From Rhizobiales bacterium Ga0077545 (lineage in GTDB: Bacteria > Pseudomonadota > Alphaproteobacteria > Rhizobiales > Methylopilaceae), in assembly GCA_001464335.1 (NCBI GenBank), contig LNEV01000006.1:200933-232932 (forward strand): a DNA stretch of 32,000 nt, written 5' to 3'. This document shows positions 19,144 through 26,461 of the stretch, piece after piece. How positions within the stretch are numbered: the first letter of the stretch is position 1; each line of letters starts with the position of its first letter. The notes under the pieces were generated by a model. That model was given only the letters and a program-made list of their open reading frames with translations, searched no databases and was not told where the DNA came from. The position numbers were made by a program, and so were the translations under genes.

Positions 19144-19568
19144 TACGGGGCTCCCGGAAAGCTGAAGCGATAGGCGATCTTACGGCGCCAGAACGGGGTG
19201 ATCGCGACTTCCGCGACTTCCGCGCCGTCATGGGCGTGGATCATGCGGCCCGGCGCCGTCGCGATGGCCAGATGCTTTGCGGGCACGTGCGGACGCCAGC
19301 GGAAGATCAGAAGATCGCCCGCCGCGATCTCCGCGCCGTCGCACGGGCGAAGGTGCCGCCCCGCCGCATCGGCCAAAGTCTCGCGCCCGCCCGCCTCCGC
19401 CCAGTCCGGCGCGTAAGGCGGCACCTCCTCCGGAAGTTCGCCATACAGCGCCCGCCACACGCCGAGCACGAGCCCCAGGCAGTCGCAGCCGATGCCCCGT
19501 GCGCTTGCCTGATGCCGGTAGGGCGTGCCGATCCAGGCGCGCGCCTCCGCAACGATCTTCTGTCTCAT
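19143..19568 (-). CDS. GTA g14-like NlpC/P60 cell-wall peptidase
   Basis: 141 aa: MRQKIVAEARAWIGTPYRHQASARGIGCDCLGLV (catalytic Cys context) ...HLAIA...IHA. Trimmed from the 418-aa track ORF. ATGA overlap with g13. Confidence 0.85.
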   Translation of the reverse strand: MRQKIVAEARAWIGTPYRHQASARGIGCDCLGLVLGVWRALYGELPEEVPPYAPDWAEAGGRETLADAAGRHLRPCDGAEIAAGDLLIFRWRPHVPAKHLAIATAPGRMIHAHDGAEVAEVAITPFWRRKIAYRFSFPGAP

Positions 19569-20455
19569 CGGAACAGGCTCCCGCCGTCCATCTCCCCCCC
19601 ATTGCCAGCATAGGCGAGCGCGCGGTCGGTGCCGGGCATGTGCGGAAAGCCGCGGAAGTTCACCGCATTGGAAAAGCGGTTGCGGCACGCGTCGAAACTC
19701 TTGTCGCATCCCGCCGTCACGGTGAAGGCATCGCCCGGTCCCGCCGGTGCGGCCAGTTCCTGCCAGAAGGCAAGCCGCACATACGCACCATCGAGACGGT
19801 GATCGCGGATCTGCGACACGCGCCCGGCATTCGGCCCGGACAGCCAGGTCATGGTCCCGCTGCGGAACCAGCCGGCGGAATAATCGCCGATCCCCTCCGC
19901 CACGATCTCGAACCGGCTCGCCGCATCGAGCACCGCCCCGTTGCCGCGAAAGGCAGGTCCGCTGACATCGCGCCCGCAGCGGGCATCGCCGAGCTGCGCG
20001 TCGCAGAGCGCGGCGTACAGACGGCCCTGCGGCACATCGAGCCGGTGCATCATCGCGCGCAGTTCCGCGACGAAGGCCCCGCCGGTCCGCCGCACCTCGC
20101 CGATCTCGCCGACCCGCAGACGCACGCGCTGCTCCGGCTCTCGCCAGTTCAGAAGAAAGGTCTCGACACGCGCGCCGTCCCAGAGGCCGGAGGCAAGATC
20201 GGCCTCGTCGAGCCCATCCGAATCGAGCGCGCCCGCGACCTCGCCGCCACCCGTGGCAAAGCTCGCATGGCTCACGGCCTCCGCCGCATCGAGCCCGCTC
20301 GCCGCACGGAACACCGTGTCTTCGAATGTGAGATCGCTGTCGTGATCGGTGAACCCCAGCACAATTCCGTCGCGCCGTGTCAGCCGCCAGCAATGGCACA
20401 GGGTCGTCGTCTCGCCGGCAAGATGCGCGGCAAGTTCAGGAGACAATGTCCGCAT
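19565..20455 (-). CDS. GTA g13-like protein (DUF2163 plus BR0599-type C-terminus)
   Basis: 296 aa. TTLCHCWRLTRRDGIVLGFTDHD N-terminus and the C-terminal GCDKSFDACRNRFSNAVNFRGFPHMPG hallmark. Confidence 0.85.
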   Translation of the reverse strand: MRTLSPELAAHLAGETTTLCHCWRLTRRDGIVLGFTDHDSDLTFEDTVFRAASGLDAAEAVSHASFATGGGEVAGALDSDGLDEADLASGLWDGARVETFLLNWREPEQRVRLRVGEIGEVRRTGGAFVAELRAMMHRLDVPQGRLYAALCDAQLGDARCGRDVSGPAFRGNGAVLDAASRFEIVAEGIGDYSAGWFRSGTMTWLSGPNAGRVSQIRDHRLDGAYVRLAFWQELAAPAGPGDAFTVTAGCDKSFDACRNRFSNAVNFRGFPHMPGTDRALAYAGNGGEMDGGSLFR

Positions 20456-20467
20456 GAGAATCTCCGG

Positions 20468-21094
20468 CTAGAGCCGCACCTCGATCACCGGCACGCTCGG
20501 GATCGCCCCGGCCTCGAAAGCCGCAAGATCGACTTCGAGGTAATCGGTGTCGAAGCGCACCGGCACATCGAATTGAAAGCCCGCCGTAACCTGTGCGCCC
20601 TCCTCCGGCGGCGCGGCGAAGGTCACGGCACCCGTCGCGGTGTCGACCGCATAGCCGTCCGCAATCTCGGCCCCGTCCACCGCAATGCGGATCGTCCCGG
20701 CAACGGGTTTCACGATGGGCCTCAGATAGGGATCGTCTCCCGTTCCATAGGCCTTGATGAGCTGGAATTGTGTACGTGCACCATCCCCGGTCCCGAGCGT
20801 CTGGTCGAACGGTGTCACGACCGCACCCGGCAAAGCCGAAGAATGATCGAGCCGGTCGCGCCAGCGAAAGCCGTTGAGGCGCCCGCGCCGCTCCTCGAAA
20901 AAGGTCACGACCTCGGAAAGCGCGCCAACCGTCTTGATGCCCCAGCCCGCATCCCATTTGCGGCGGGCATGGGCCCAGCGCGCATTTCGCTTTTCGCGAC
21001 CGGAGCCGAGCGTCACGATCTCCGTCCGCCGTTCCGGTCCGCCGCGCGCGCCGAGCGCGATCCCGGTCGGAAAACGCACCTCCTCGAAGCTCAT
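20468..21094 (-). CDS. GTA g12-like distal tail protein (DUF2460)
   Basis: 208 aa: MSFEEVRFPTGIALGARGGPERRTEIVTLGSGREKRNARW. Trimmed from the 399-aa track ORF. TAATG overlap with the tape measure stop. Confidence 0.85.
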   Translation of the reverse strand: MSFEEVRFPTGIALGARGGPERRTEIVTLGSGREKRNARWAHARRKWDAGWGIKTVGALSEVVTFFEERRGRLNGFRWRDRLDHSSALPGAVVTPFDQTLGTGDGARTQFQLIKAYGTGDDPYLRPIVKPVAGTIRIAVDGAEIADGYAVDTATGAVTFAAPPEEGAQVTAGFQFDVPVRFDTDYLEVDLAAFEAGAIPSVPVIEVRL

Positions 21095-21660
21095 TACATT
21101 CCCCTTCGTCCACGCGCCACCGCGCGCGCCAGAGCGGCCGATACCTGCGCCTCGGATTTGCGGAAACTGTCCGCATCCGGCGTCGAAATGTTCACGGTCA
21201 CATGCGTCGAAGCTCCGCCTTCCGTGCGGACACCGAGGCGTCCGTCCCGGCCGCGCGCCAGCGGCATGATGGCTTCCGCGCCCGCCTCTCCCATCAGGCC
21301 GAGCTTGCCCTGCCCCATCGGAAAATAGGTCGGCGCGGAAACGATCCCGCCCGATGCGAACGGCCGCACCACGCCACCTTTGGCGAAGGGAAGCGCCCCG
21401 CGCGTCACCGAGCCCAGCGCGCCCGAAATCAGGCTCTCCAGCGGCTGCATGGCGCTGCGCAGCGACAGATCGACCAGACGGTTGCCGAGCCCGTTCAGCA
21501 CCTCCGACAGCGAGCGCCCGCGGATCGCCGCGCCTTCCAGCGCGCCTGTCAACGAGCGGCCGAAGCCGCGCGACAGGCGGTCGAGATTGCCGAGCGAGCG
21601 CTCCAGGTCCTGTGTATTGGCGGTGAGAGGCGCGCCGCGCCCCTCGTCGAGAAACGACAT
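21094..21660 (-). CDS. GTA g11-like short tail tape measure protein
   Basis: 188 aa, helical and Gly/Leu/Ser-rich. Lies between the chaperone pair and g12. Confidence 0.75.
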   Translation of the reverse strand: MSFLDEGRGAPLTANTQDLERSLGNLDRLSRGFGRSLTGALEGAAIRGRSLSEVLNGLGNRLVDLSLRSAMQPLESLISGALGSVTRGALPFAKGGVVRPFASGGIVSAPTYFPMGQGKLGLMGEAGAEAIMPLARGRDGRLGVRTEGGASTHVTVNISTPDADSFRKSEAQVSAALARAVARGRRGM

Positions 21661-21663
21661 TGG

Positions 21664-21840
21664 TCACTCCGTTTTTACCGGGCCGTCCGGAAACTGGGCC
21701 ATCAGGTCCGCAAGTTCCGCGCGCCCGAGCGGCCCGACATGGCCGCCGGAAAGTCCCTCAAGTGCGGACGCGAGTTCGCGCGGCGTCATCGTCCAGAAAT
21801 CGTGTGGCGACAGCCGCAGCACGCCAAGCCCGGCCGCCAT
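21664..21840 (-). CDS. GTA g10.1-like tail assembly chaperone segment (ATG-initiated minimum; probably also made as a -1 frameshift extension of g10)
   Basis: Hand translation: MAAGLGVLRLSPHDFWTMTPRELASALEGLSGGHVGPLGRAELADLMAQFPDGPVKTE. The same frame stays open upstream (QGRSTIRTRQAFPWRDV) back to 21897, with no ATG/GTG/TTG in that stretch. Confidence 0.7.
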   Translation of the reverse strand: MAAGLGVLRLSPHDFWTMTPRELASALEGLSGGHVGPLGRAELADLMAQFPDGPVKTE

Positions 21841-21872
21841 GACATCGCGCCACGGAAAAGCCTGCCTGGTCC

Positions 21873-22235
21873 TTATCGTGCTGCGGCCTTGAAAGGGTCC
21901 GCCCCGGTCTCCTCATATGCGCCGCCCTCGCTTGCGCCAAAGGTCGCGGCAAGCAGCCGCGCCACGGCATCGAGATGCGCGGGAAGGCTGTCCGGCAGTG
22001 CCGCGATCTCCTCGTCGCGCATCGCGGTGCCGCCACCGCGAATCCCCGCGCCGAGAATGCGGATCGCGTCCCCGGCCGACAGCCTTCCGGTTTCGAAGCG
22101 CGCCGCGAGTGCGTTGAGATCGTCCGCGCCGAAGGCGGATTCGAGTTCGGCCAGCGCCCCGAGCGTCAGGCAGAGCGTAAAGCTGCGCCCGCCAAGCTCG
22201 GCGGAAATCTCGCCGCGATATCGGTTTGGCATCAT
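21873..22235 (-). CDS. GTA g10-like tail assembly chaperone
   Basis: 120 aa: MMPNRYRGEISAELGGRSFTLCLTLGALAELESAFG. Trimmed from the 165-aa track ORF. AGGA lies 4 nt upstream of the ATG. Confidence 0.75.
   Translation of the reverse strand: MMPNRYRGEISAELGGRSFTLCLTLGALAELESAFGADDLNALAARFETGRLSAGDAIRILGAGIRGGGTAMRDEEIAALPDSLPAHLDAVARLLAATFGASEGGAYEETGADPFKAAAR
21891..21897 (-). promoter_or_regulatory. candidate -1 programmed ribosomal frameshift slippery heptamer C CCT TTC
   Basis: In the g10 zero frame the codons are GAC CCT TTC, fitting X XXY YYZ. The site is 5 codons (KAAAR) before the g10 TAA. The -1 frame continues into g10.1. An 11-bp perfect long-range complement (21877-21887 with 21813-21823) starts 3 nt downstream. 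Confidence 0.45.
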
Positions 22236-22314
22236 GTGTTCCTGATTTTGTCGAGACAGAATCCGCTGCCGCCTGCTAGAGCTGCGCTGGAATGTGCGAG
22301 CACGGATACACAGC

Positions 22315-23094
22315 ATGACAACGAACCGCCCCGGCGCCTTGCACACCGCGCTTGCGGCCGTCAGCGACACCGTCCAGGGCTTCCGCGACGTGCCGCGTCC
22401 CTATGTGATCGTGCTTGTCGTGATGGCGCTCACCGAATTCATCGTCCTGCCCTACAGCCTCGATCCGCAGGCCGATGTCAGCCCCCTCGCCTCGTTCCTC
22501 GTGCTCGGCTTCATGCTGATTTCGACGTTCCTGCTGATCTCGCCCTATATCGGGCTCGTTCGTTATTTCCTGTACGGCGACATATCGGCGGGGTTCGAGC
22601 CGCGCGGTCCGATCCTGCGCGTCTTCGGCTGGATGCTGGCGCTCGGGTTCGCCAGCATGTTCATCTTCAGCCTTGCCGCGGTGATCGCCTTTCTCGTCGG
22701 AGGCGCTTCGCACGCCATCATCGGCACCCTGACCGCGCTGACATTCATCGCCATGTTCTGGGCCTATCTGCGCCTCAGCACCGTGCTCGTCGGGCTCGCG
22801 CTCGACGGGCCTGTGAGCATCAGCGCGCGCTTTGCCGAGACGAAGGGACATGTCTGGTTCATCCTGCGCACCTTTCTGGCCTCGCTGGTCGTGCTTGTCC
22901 CTTACATGCTGATCATGGTCGCCATTCAATTCGGCGTGTTCGGTGCGGAGAGTTTCGAGGCCGATATCGTTCCGACTCCGACCCTTGGCCAGCGTCTTCT
23001 CGATGCGCTGCTGACCGGAATTCTCGGCGCGGCCTATTTCGCCTATCTGTCCGCGCTGTATGTGCGGATATTCCGCGCCATCCCCGGGCGCTGA
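22315..23094 (+). CDS. multi-pass integral membrane protein of unknown function, opposite strand inside the GTA tail module
   Basis: 259 aa from ATG 22315 (the track ORF starts at GTG 22294). About 6 hydrophobic segments, high GC3. Convergent with g9 and divergent from g10. Confidence 0.7.
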   Translation: MTTNRPGALHTALAAVSDTVQGFRDVPRPYVIVLVVMALTEFIVLPYSLDPQADVSPLASFLVLGFMLISTFLLISPYIGLVRYFLYGDISAGFEPRGPILRVFGWMLALGFASMFIFSLAAVIAFLVGGASHAIIGTLTALTFIAMFWAYLRLSTVLVGLALDGPVSISARFAETKGHVWFILRTFLASLVVLVPYMLIMVAIQFGVFGAESFEADIVPTPTLGQRLLDALLTGILGAAYFAYLSALYVRIFRAIPGR

Positions 23095-23103
23095 CGCCGC
23101 GCG

Positions 23104-23514
23104 TCAGGCGGCCGCGAACACGACCTCTCCGGCGCTCTCCAGCGCCAGATCGAACGTCACCTCTCCCAGATGATCGCCGCGATATTCAAGCGCCGTGATC
23201 TGGAAGGGCGCTTCGATCACACCGAAATCGGGAACCACGATTTGCCAGGGGCGGATCGCACCCTCGAAGAAGAGTTCGCGCGCCATCGCATCGGAGGAGC
23301 TGTCGCGAAACACGCCCGCGCCCGAAAGGCTCGCGCGTTTCACGCCGGCGCCTTCCAGCAGTTCGCGCCAGCGGCCCGCGCTTTCGGAATGCGTCACATC
23401 CACCGCCTCGGCGTTGAGCACGACAGCGCGGGCGCGCAGGCCCGCAACACTGGTAAAGCCGCCCTCCCCGTCGCTGATCTTCAGCAGCAGGTCCTTGCCC
23501 TTCTGAGCACCCAT
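23104..23514 (-). CDS. GTA g9-like major tail protein (TP901-1 family)
   Basis: 136 aa: MGAQKGKDLLLKISDGEGGFTSVAGLRA...FQITALEYRGDHLGEVTFDLALESAG. RBS GAAGG upstream. Confidence 0.85.
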   Translation of the reverse strand: MGAQKGKDLLLKISDGEGGFTSVAGLRARAVVLNAEAVDVTHSESAGRWRELLEGAGVKRASLSGAGVFRDSSSDAMARELFFEGAIRPWQIVVPDFGVIEAPFQITALEYRGDHLGEVTFDLALESAGEVVFAAA

Positions 23515-23530
23515 CTGTCTGTACCTTCAA

Positions 23531-23560
23531 ATAGAAAAAGGGCCCCCATTCGCGGAGGCC
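23531..23560 (-). terminator. intrinsic terminator-like hairpin between g8 and g9
   Basis: Minus strand GGCCUCC-gcgaau-GGGGGCC (7 bp including one G.U) followed by CUUUUUCUAUUU. Confidence 0.5.
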
Positions 23561-23577
23561 CAGGATTTCAGGAGAAA

Positions 23578-23598
23578 CGTCTGCGTGCATCGCAGACG
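23578..23598 (-). terminator. second hairpin between g8 and g9 (perfect 8-bp stem)
   Basis: Minus strand CGTCTGCG-atgca-CGCAGACG followed by TTTCTCC. It starts 12 nt after the g8 stop. Confidence 0.4.
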
Positions 23599-23609
23599 GA
23601 CGCTCGCGT

Positions 23610-24017
23610 CTAAGAAGCAGGCTCCGTCAACGCGCGAAAGCGGAGCGAGGCAAAGCGATGGCGGCCGTCGCCCATGCGTCGGGCATCGGTCGCCATCCAG
23701 CGCAGATTGGCCAGCCTGTGGCCGGCAAGCGAAAGATCGGCTCCATCGAGAACGGAGGCGACGCGCGCCGCCGCGCTCAGCGAATCGGCCATGCCGCCCT
23801 CGCGCGACCACAGATTGAGGGTGAGGCGGTGTTCCTCTCCCTCGTCCACGGAAGCGCCCGCCTCGCGGCTCTCGATCTCGCCGAGAACGAGGTACGGCGC
23901 GCTTGTCTGCGCGGGCACCTCGTCGAATATCTTGATGCCTCCGAGAAGCGATGTCAGCGCAGCGTCGCTGGACAGGCGTGCGCGCACCGCAGCCCTCAAT
24001 GCCAAGGCTGCGCTCAA
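23610..24017 (-). CDS. GTA g8-like protein (DUF3168, tail completion/terminator)
   Basis: 135 aa: LLGGIKIFDEVPAQTSAPYLVLGEIESRE...LTLNLWSREGG. TTG start overlapping the upstream small ORF stop (TTGA). Confidence 0.8.
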   Translation of the reverse strand: MSAALALRAAVRARLSSDAALTSLLGGIKIFDEVPAQTSAPYLVLGEIESREAGASVDEGEEHRLTLNLWSREGGMADSLSAAARVASVLDGADLSLAGHRLANLRWMATDARRMGDGRHRFASLRFRALTEPAS

Positions 24018-24190
24018 CGGCGGCGGCCCGCATGCACCGGCGCGGGAATGGCTTCGGCGCCAAGCACGAAATTCGATTTCTCGATATGGATCCGGCGCGG
24101 CGAGAACCAGACATCCATCTGGGCGCCGGTGCGCTCCGCCAGCTTCTGTGTGAAGCCCTGACAGTTCTTCAAAACCTGGTCGAAGCTCAT
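24014..24190 (-). CDS. small hypothetical protein (58 aa) coupled between g7 and g8
   Basis: MSFDQVLKNCQGFTQKLAERTGAQMDVWFSPRRIHIEKSNFVLGAEAIPAPVHAGRRR. ATGA overlap with the g7 stop and TTGA overlap with the g8 start. Mostly GC3-rich codons. It fills an otherwise 170-bp gap. Confidence 0.4.
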   Translation of the reverse strand: MSFDQVLKNCQGFTQKLAERTGAQMDVWFSPRRIHIEKSNFVLGAEAIPAPVHAGRRR

Positions 24191-24516
24191 GCCGAAATCT
24201 CCTCGGTCAGGACGACCAGGAAACCTTCTCCCCGGTCGGCCGTGTGAACAGAACGTATGTGGTGAAGCGCGGTTCCATGGCGTAGGCGGGTCTGCGACGT
24301 AAGTCGAACGCCCTCCCGCACGATCACCCGGTGCGTGATGGTCTGCCCCGCATAGTCGCCGGTCAGCCGGAAGACGCCCTGCATCGGCTCGACGCACGCC
24401 CACACGGTTTGCGCGTCGCGGTAGGTGCGCCGCACACCGCCCGCGCCGTCCTCCTCTTCCTCGGGCTCGATCACGGTGATGCGCTGCCGGAGCCGCCCGA
24501 TCGGATCGCGCGCCAT
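24187..24516 (-). CDS. GTA g7-like head-tail adaptor (SPP1 gp16-type head closure)
   Basis: 109 aa: GRLRQRITVIEPEEEEDGAGGVRRTYRDAQTVWACVEPMQG...THRVIVR pattern. Confidence 0.8.
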   Translation of the reverse strand: MARDPIGRLRQRITVIEPEEEEDGAGGVRRTYRDAQTVWACVEPMQGVFRLTGDYAGQTITHRVIVREGVRLTSQTRLRHGTALHHIRSVHTADRGEGFLVVLTEEISA

Positions 24517-24517
24517 G

Positions 24518-25069
24518 TCAGATCCTCAACGCGCGTTCGGGCGCCATCAGGGCCGCCGCCGCAAGCGGCATGGAGGCCCGCGTCACGGCCTCCGCGCGGT
24601 GTTCGTACCAATGGCCGACCAGAAGCCGGATCGCCTGTACGAATACAGGCGGCACATCCTCCGCCCCGCCATATCCGGCCGTCACATCCACCTCGATCCC
24701 GGCGAACGCCCGCAGCAGCCGCGGCCGGTGCGCCACATGAACGCGTGCGGACGCCGCATCGAACGTCCAGCCCGAAAGATCGAGCTCGCTCGCACTGCCG
24801 TCCACCGCGCGCAGACGCGCGCCTTCCAGCACAGCAACCGGCGCGATGGGCAAAGCGATCACGCCATCCAGCGGCCAGGCATCGAGCACCAGCCGCCAGA
24901 TCTGCGTCACGAGCCGTCGCCCGGTCTGCGTCTCGACATGGCGCCGCGCCGCGCGGATGAGGTTTGTGATGAGCGCGTCTTCCGCGTCGTGTTCGACCCG
25001 CAGAAAGAGCTTCGCATCGACGAGCGACAGCGGCTCCTCCTCGGGCTCCGAGATGAGGATCACAGGCAT
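24518..25069 (-). CDS. GTA g6-like head-tail connector (gp6-like)
   Basis: 183 aa: MPVILISEPEEEPLSLVDAKLFLRVEHDAEDALITNLIRAARRHVETQTGRRL. Trimmed from the 399-aa track ORF. Confidence 0.8.
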   Translation of the reverse strand: MPVILISEPEEEPLSLVDAKLFLRVEHDAEDALITNLIRAARRHVETQTGRRLVTQIWRLVLDAWPLDGVIALPIAPVAVLEGARLRAVDGSASELDLSGWTFDAASARVHVAHRPRLLRAFAGIEVDVTAGYGGAEDVPPVFVQAIRLLVGHWYEHRAEAVTRASMPLAAAALMAPERALRI

Positions 25070-25097
25070 AAAAATATCCGGATGAAAGGAAGGTGCG

Positions 25098-25119
25098 TCC
25101 CCCGGCCGAAGCCGGAGGA
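25098..25119 (-). other. stable stem-loop with UUCG tetraloop 13 nt downstream of the capsid stop
   Basis: Minus-strand RNA UCCUCCGGC-UUCG-GCCGGGGGA: 9 bp (one U.G) closing a C(UUCG)G tetraloop. No immediate U-tract. Confidence 0.5.
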
Positions 25120-25131
25120 CGATGGGAAATC

Positions 25132-26403
25132 TCAGCTCACGCCGAACTTCAGCAGCTTGATCGCATCGAAATCCTGCACGCCGCCGCCGACGCGCTTGGT
25201 CGTGTAGAACAGCACATAGGGCTTTGCGGAGTACGGGTCGCGCAGCACGCGCACGCCCAGACGATCTACGACGAGATAGCCGCGCCGGAAATCGCCGAAC
25301 GCCAGCGCGAAACTGTTCGCGCCGATGTCGGGCATGTCCTCGGCTTCGGTCACCGGGAAGCCGAGCAGCGTGGCATCGCCTCCCGCCTCCGTCGGCGGCA
25401 TCCAGATGTAGCGGCCGTCGACATCCTTCAGCTTGCGCAGCGTTGCCTGCGTGCGGCGGTTCAGCACGAAGCGCGCGTTCTGGCGATAGCCCGCCTTCAG
25501 CGCGTAGACGAGTTCGATCAGCTCGTCGGCCGGCGCCTCTTCCGCGAAATCGCCGGACACGCCGGTCGCGATGTAGCCGAGGCTGCCCCAGGCCCAGTCC
25601 GCTTCGGCCACTTTCGTGCCGTGCAGAAAGCCGGTCGGCTTCTTGTTGCCGTCGCCGCTCACGAAGGCCGCGCTTTCCTGCGCGGCAAACGCGCTTTCCA
25701 CCTCCTGCGCGATCCACTGGTCGAGATCGACCGCGCTGTCGTCGAGCAGGGTCTGCGTCGCCGCCGGCATGGCATAGAGTTCCATGGCCGGGAATTCGAG
25801 TTCGGCAAGCGTCGGCGTGGTCGTCTGTGTACGTGCGTCGGTCTCGCCCGCCCAGCCGGAGGCAAAGCCCGTCGTCGCGAACGGTTTCTTGTAGGTCGCC
25901 GCCGAAATGGTGCGAAGGCCCGAAATGGCACGGATCGGCGATGCCGCGATCAGCCTCTTGCCAATCTCGCGCTCGGTCTCGTCCGGCACCGTGCAGCCGC
26001 CGTCGGCGCCGGTTCCCGCCGAAAGCGCCTTCGCATCGAGCCTGACGAGCGCGGACGCATCGCCACGGCGAATGTAAGTCTCGAACGCGGCCTTGCGTTC
26101 GCGCGTGCCGAGCGTCAGGCGCTCATGCTCCCCGCCGAGCGCCGGCCGCCGCGCCTTCAGCACGATCTCGTCGAGCGTCGCCTTCTGGCGGTCAAGCACC
26201 GCATCGATGCGCGCCAGTTTTTCCTCGGTCAGCGGATCGCCGGAAATCCGGTTCTCGATCTCGGCCAGGCGCTCGTCATTGGTTTCGCGATAGGTCTCGA
26301 ACGAGCGCAGGAAGGCGTCATACGCCTCCACCACATCGCCGCTTGTCGGCACATAATCCGCGGCCTTGTTTTCGGGCGCGCGGGGCGTTGCAAATCCGGT
26401 CAT
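25132..26403 (-). CDS. HK97-family major capsid protein (GTA g5)
   Basis: 423 aa from ATG 26403 (MTGFATPRAPENK...). N-terminal coiled delta-like region followed by an HK97-fold body. RBS GAGG lies 5 nt upstream. Trimmed from the 455-aa track ORF. Confidence 0.92.
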   Translation of the reverse strand: MTGFATPRAPENKAADYVPTSGDVVEAYDAFLRSFETYRETNDERLAEIENRISGDPLTEEKLARIDAVLDRQKATLDEIVLKARRPALGGEHERLTLGTRERKAAFETYIRRGDASALVRLDAKALSAGTGADGGCTVPDETEREIGKRLIAASPIRAISGLRTISAATYKKPFATTGFASGWAGETDARTQTTTPTLAELEFPAMELYAMPAATQTLLDDSAVDLDQWIAQEVESAFAAQESAAFVSGDGNKKPTGFLHGTKVAEADWAWGSLGYIATGVSGDFAEEAPADELIELVYALKAGYRQNARFVLNRRTQATLRKLKDVDGRYIWMPPTEAGGDATLLGFPVTEAEDMPDIGANSFALAFGDFRRGYLVVDRLGVRVLRDPYSAKPYVLFYTTKRVGGGVQDFDAIKLLKFGVS

Positions 26404-26420
26404 CGTCACCTCGTGGACAT

Positions 26421-26443
26421 AAAAAAAGCCGCTCGCGGCGGCT
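26421..26443 (-). terminator. terminator-like hairpin plus U7 tract between the protease and capsid genes
   Basis: Minus strand AGCCGC-cgcga-GCGGCT followed by TTTTTTT, then the capsid RBS. Confidence 0.45.
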
Positions 26444-26461
26444 CGGGATGGAAAGAAGAGG

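Noticed and set aside
15175-21328. Long plus-strand ORFs (15175..16779, 16948..19173, 19277..21328)
   Set aside because: They are antisense shadows of g15, g14, g13 and g12. The sequences are Arg/Pro/Gly-rich with no motifs, and the minus-strand genes are well supported.
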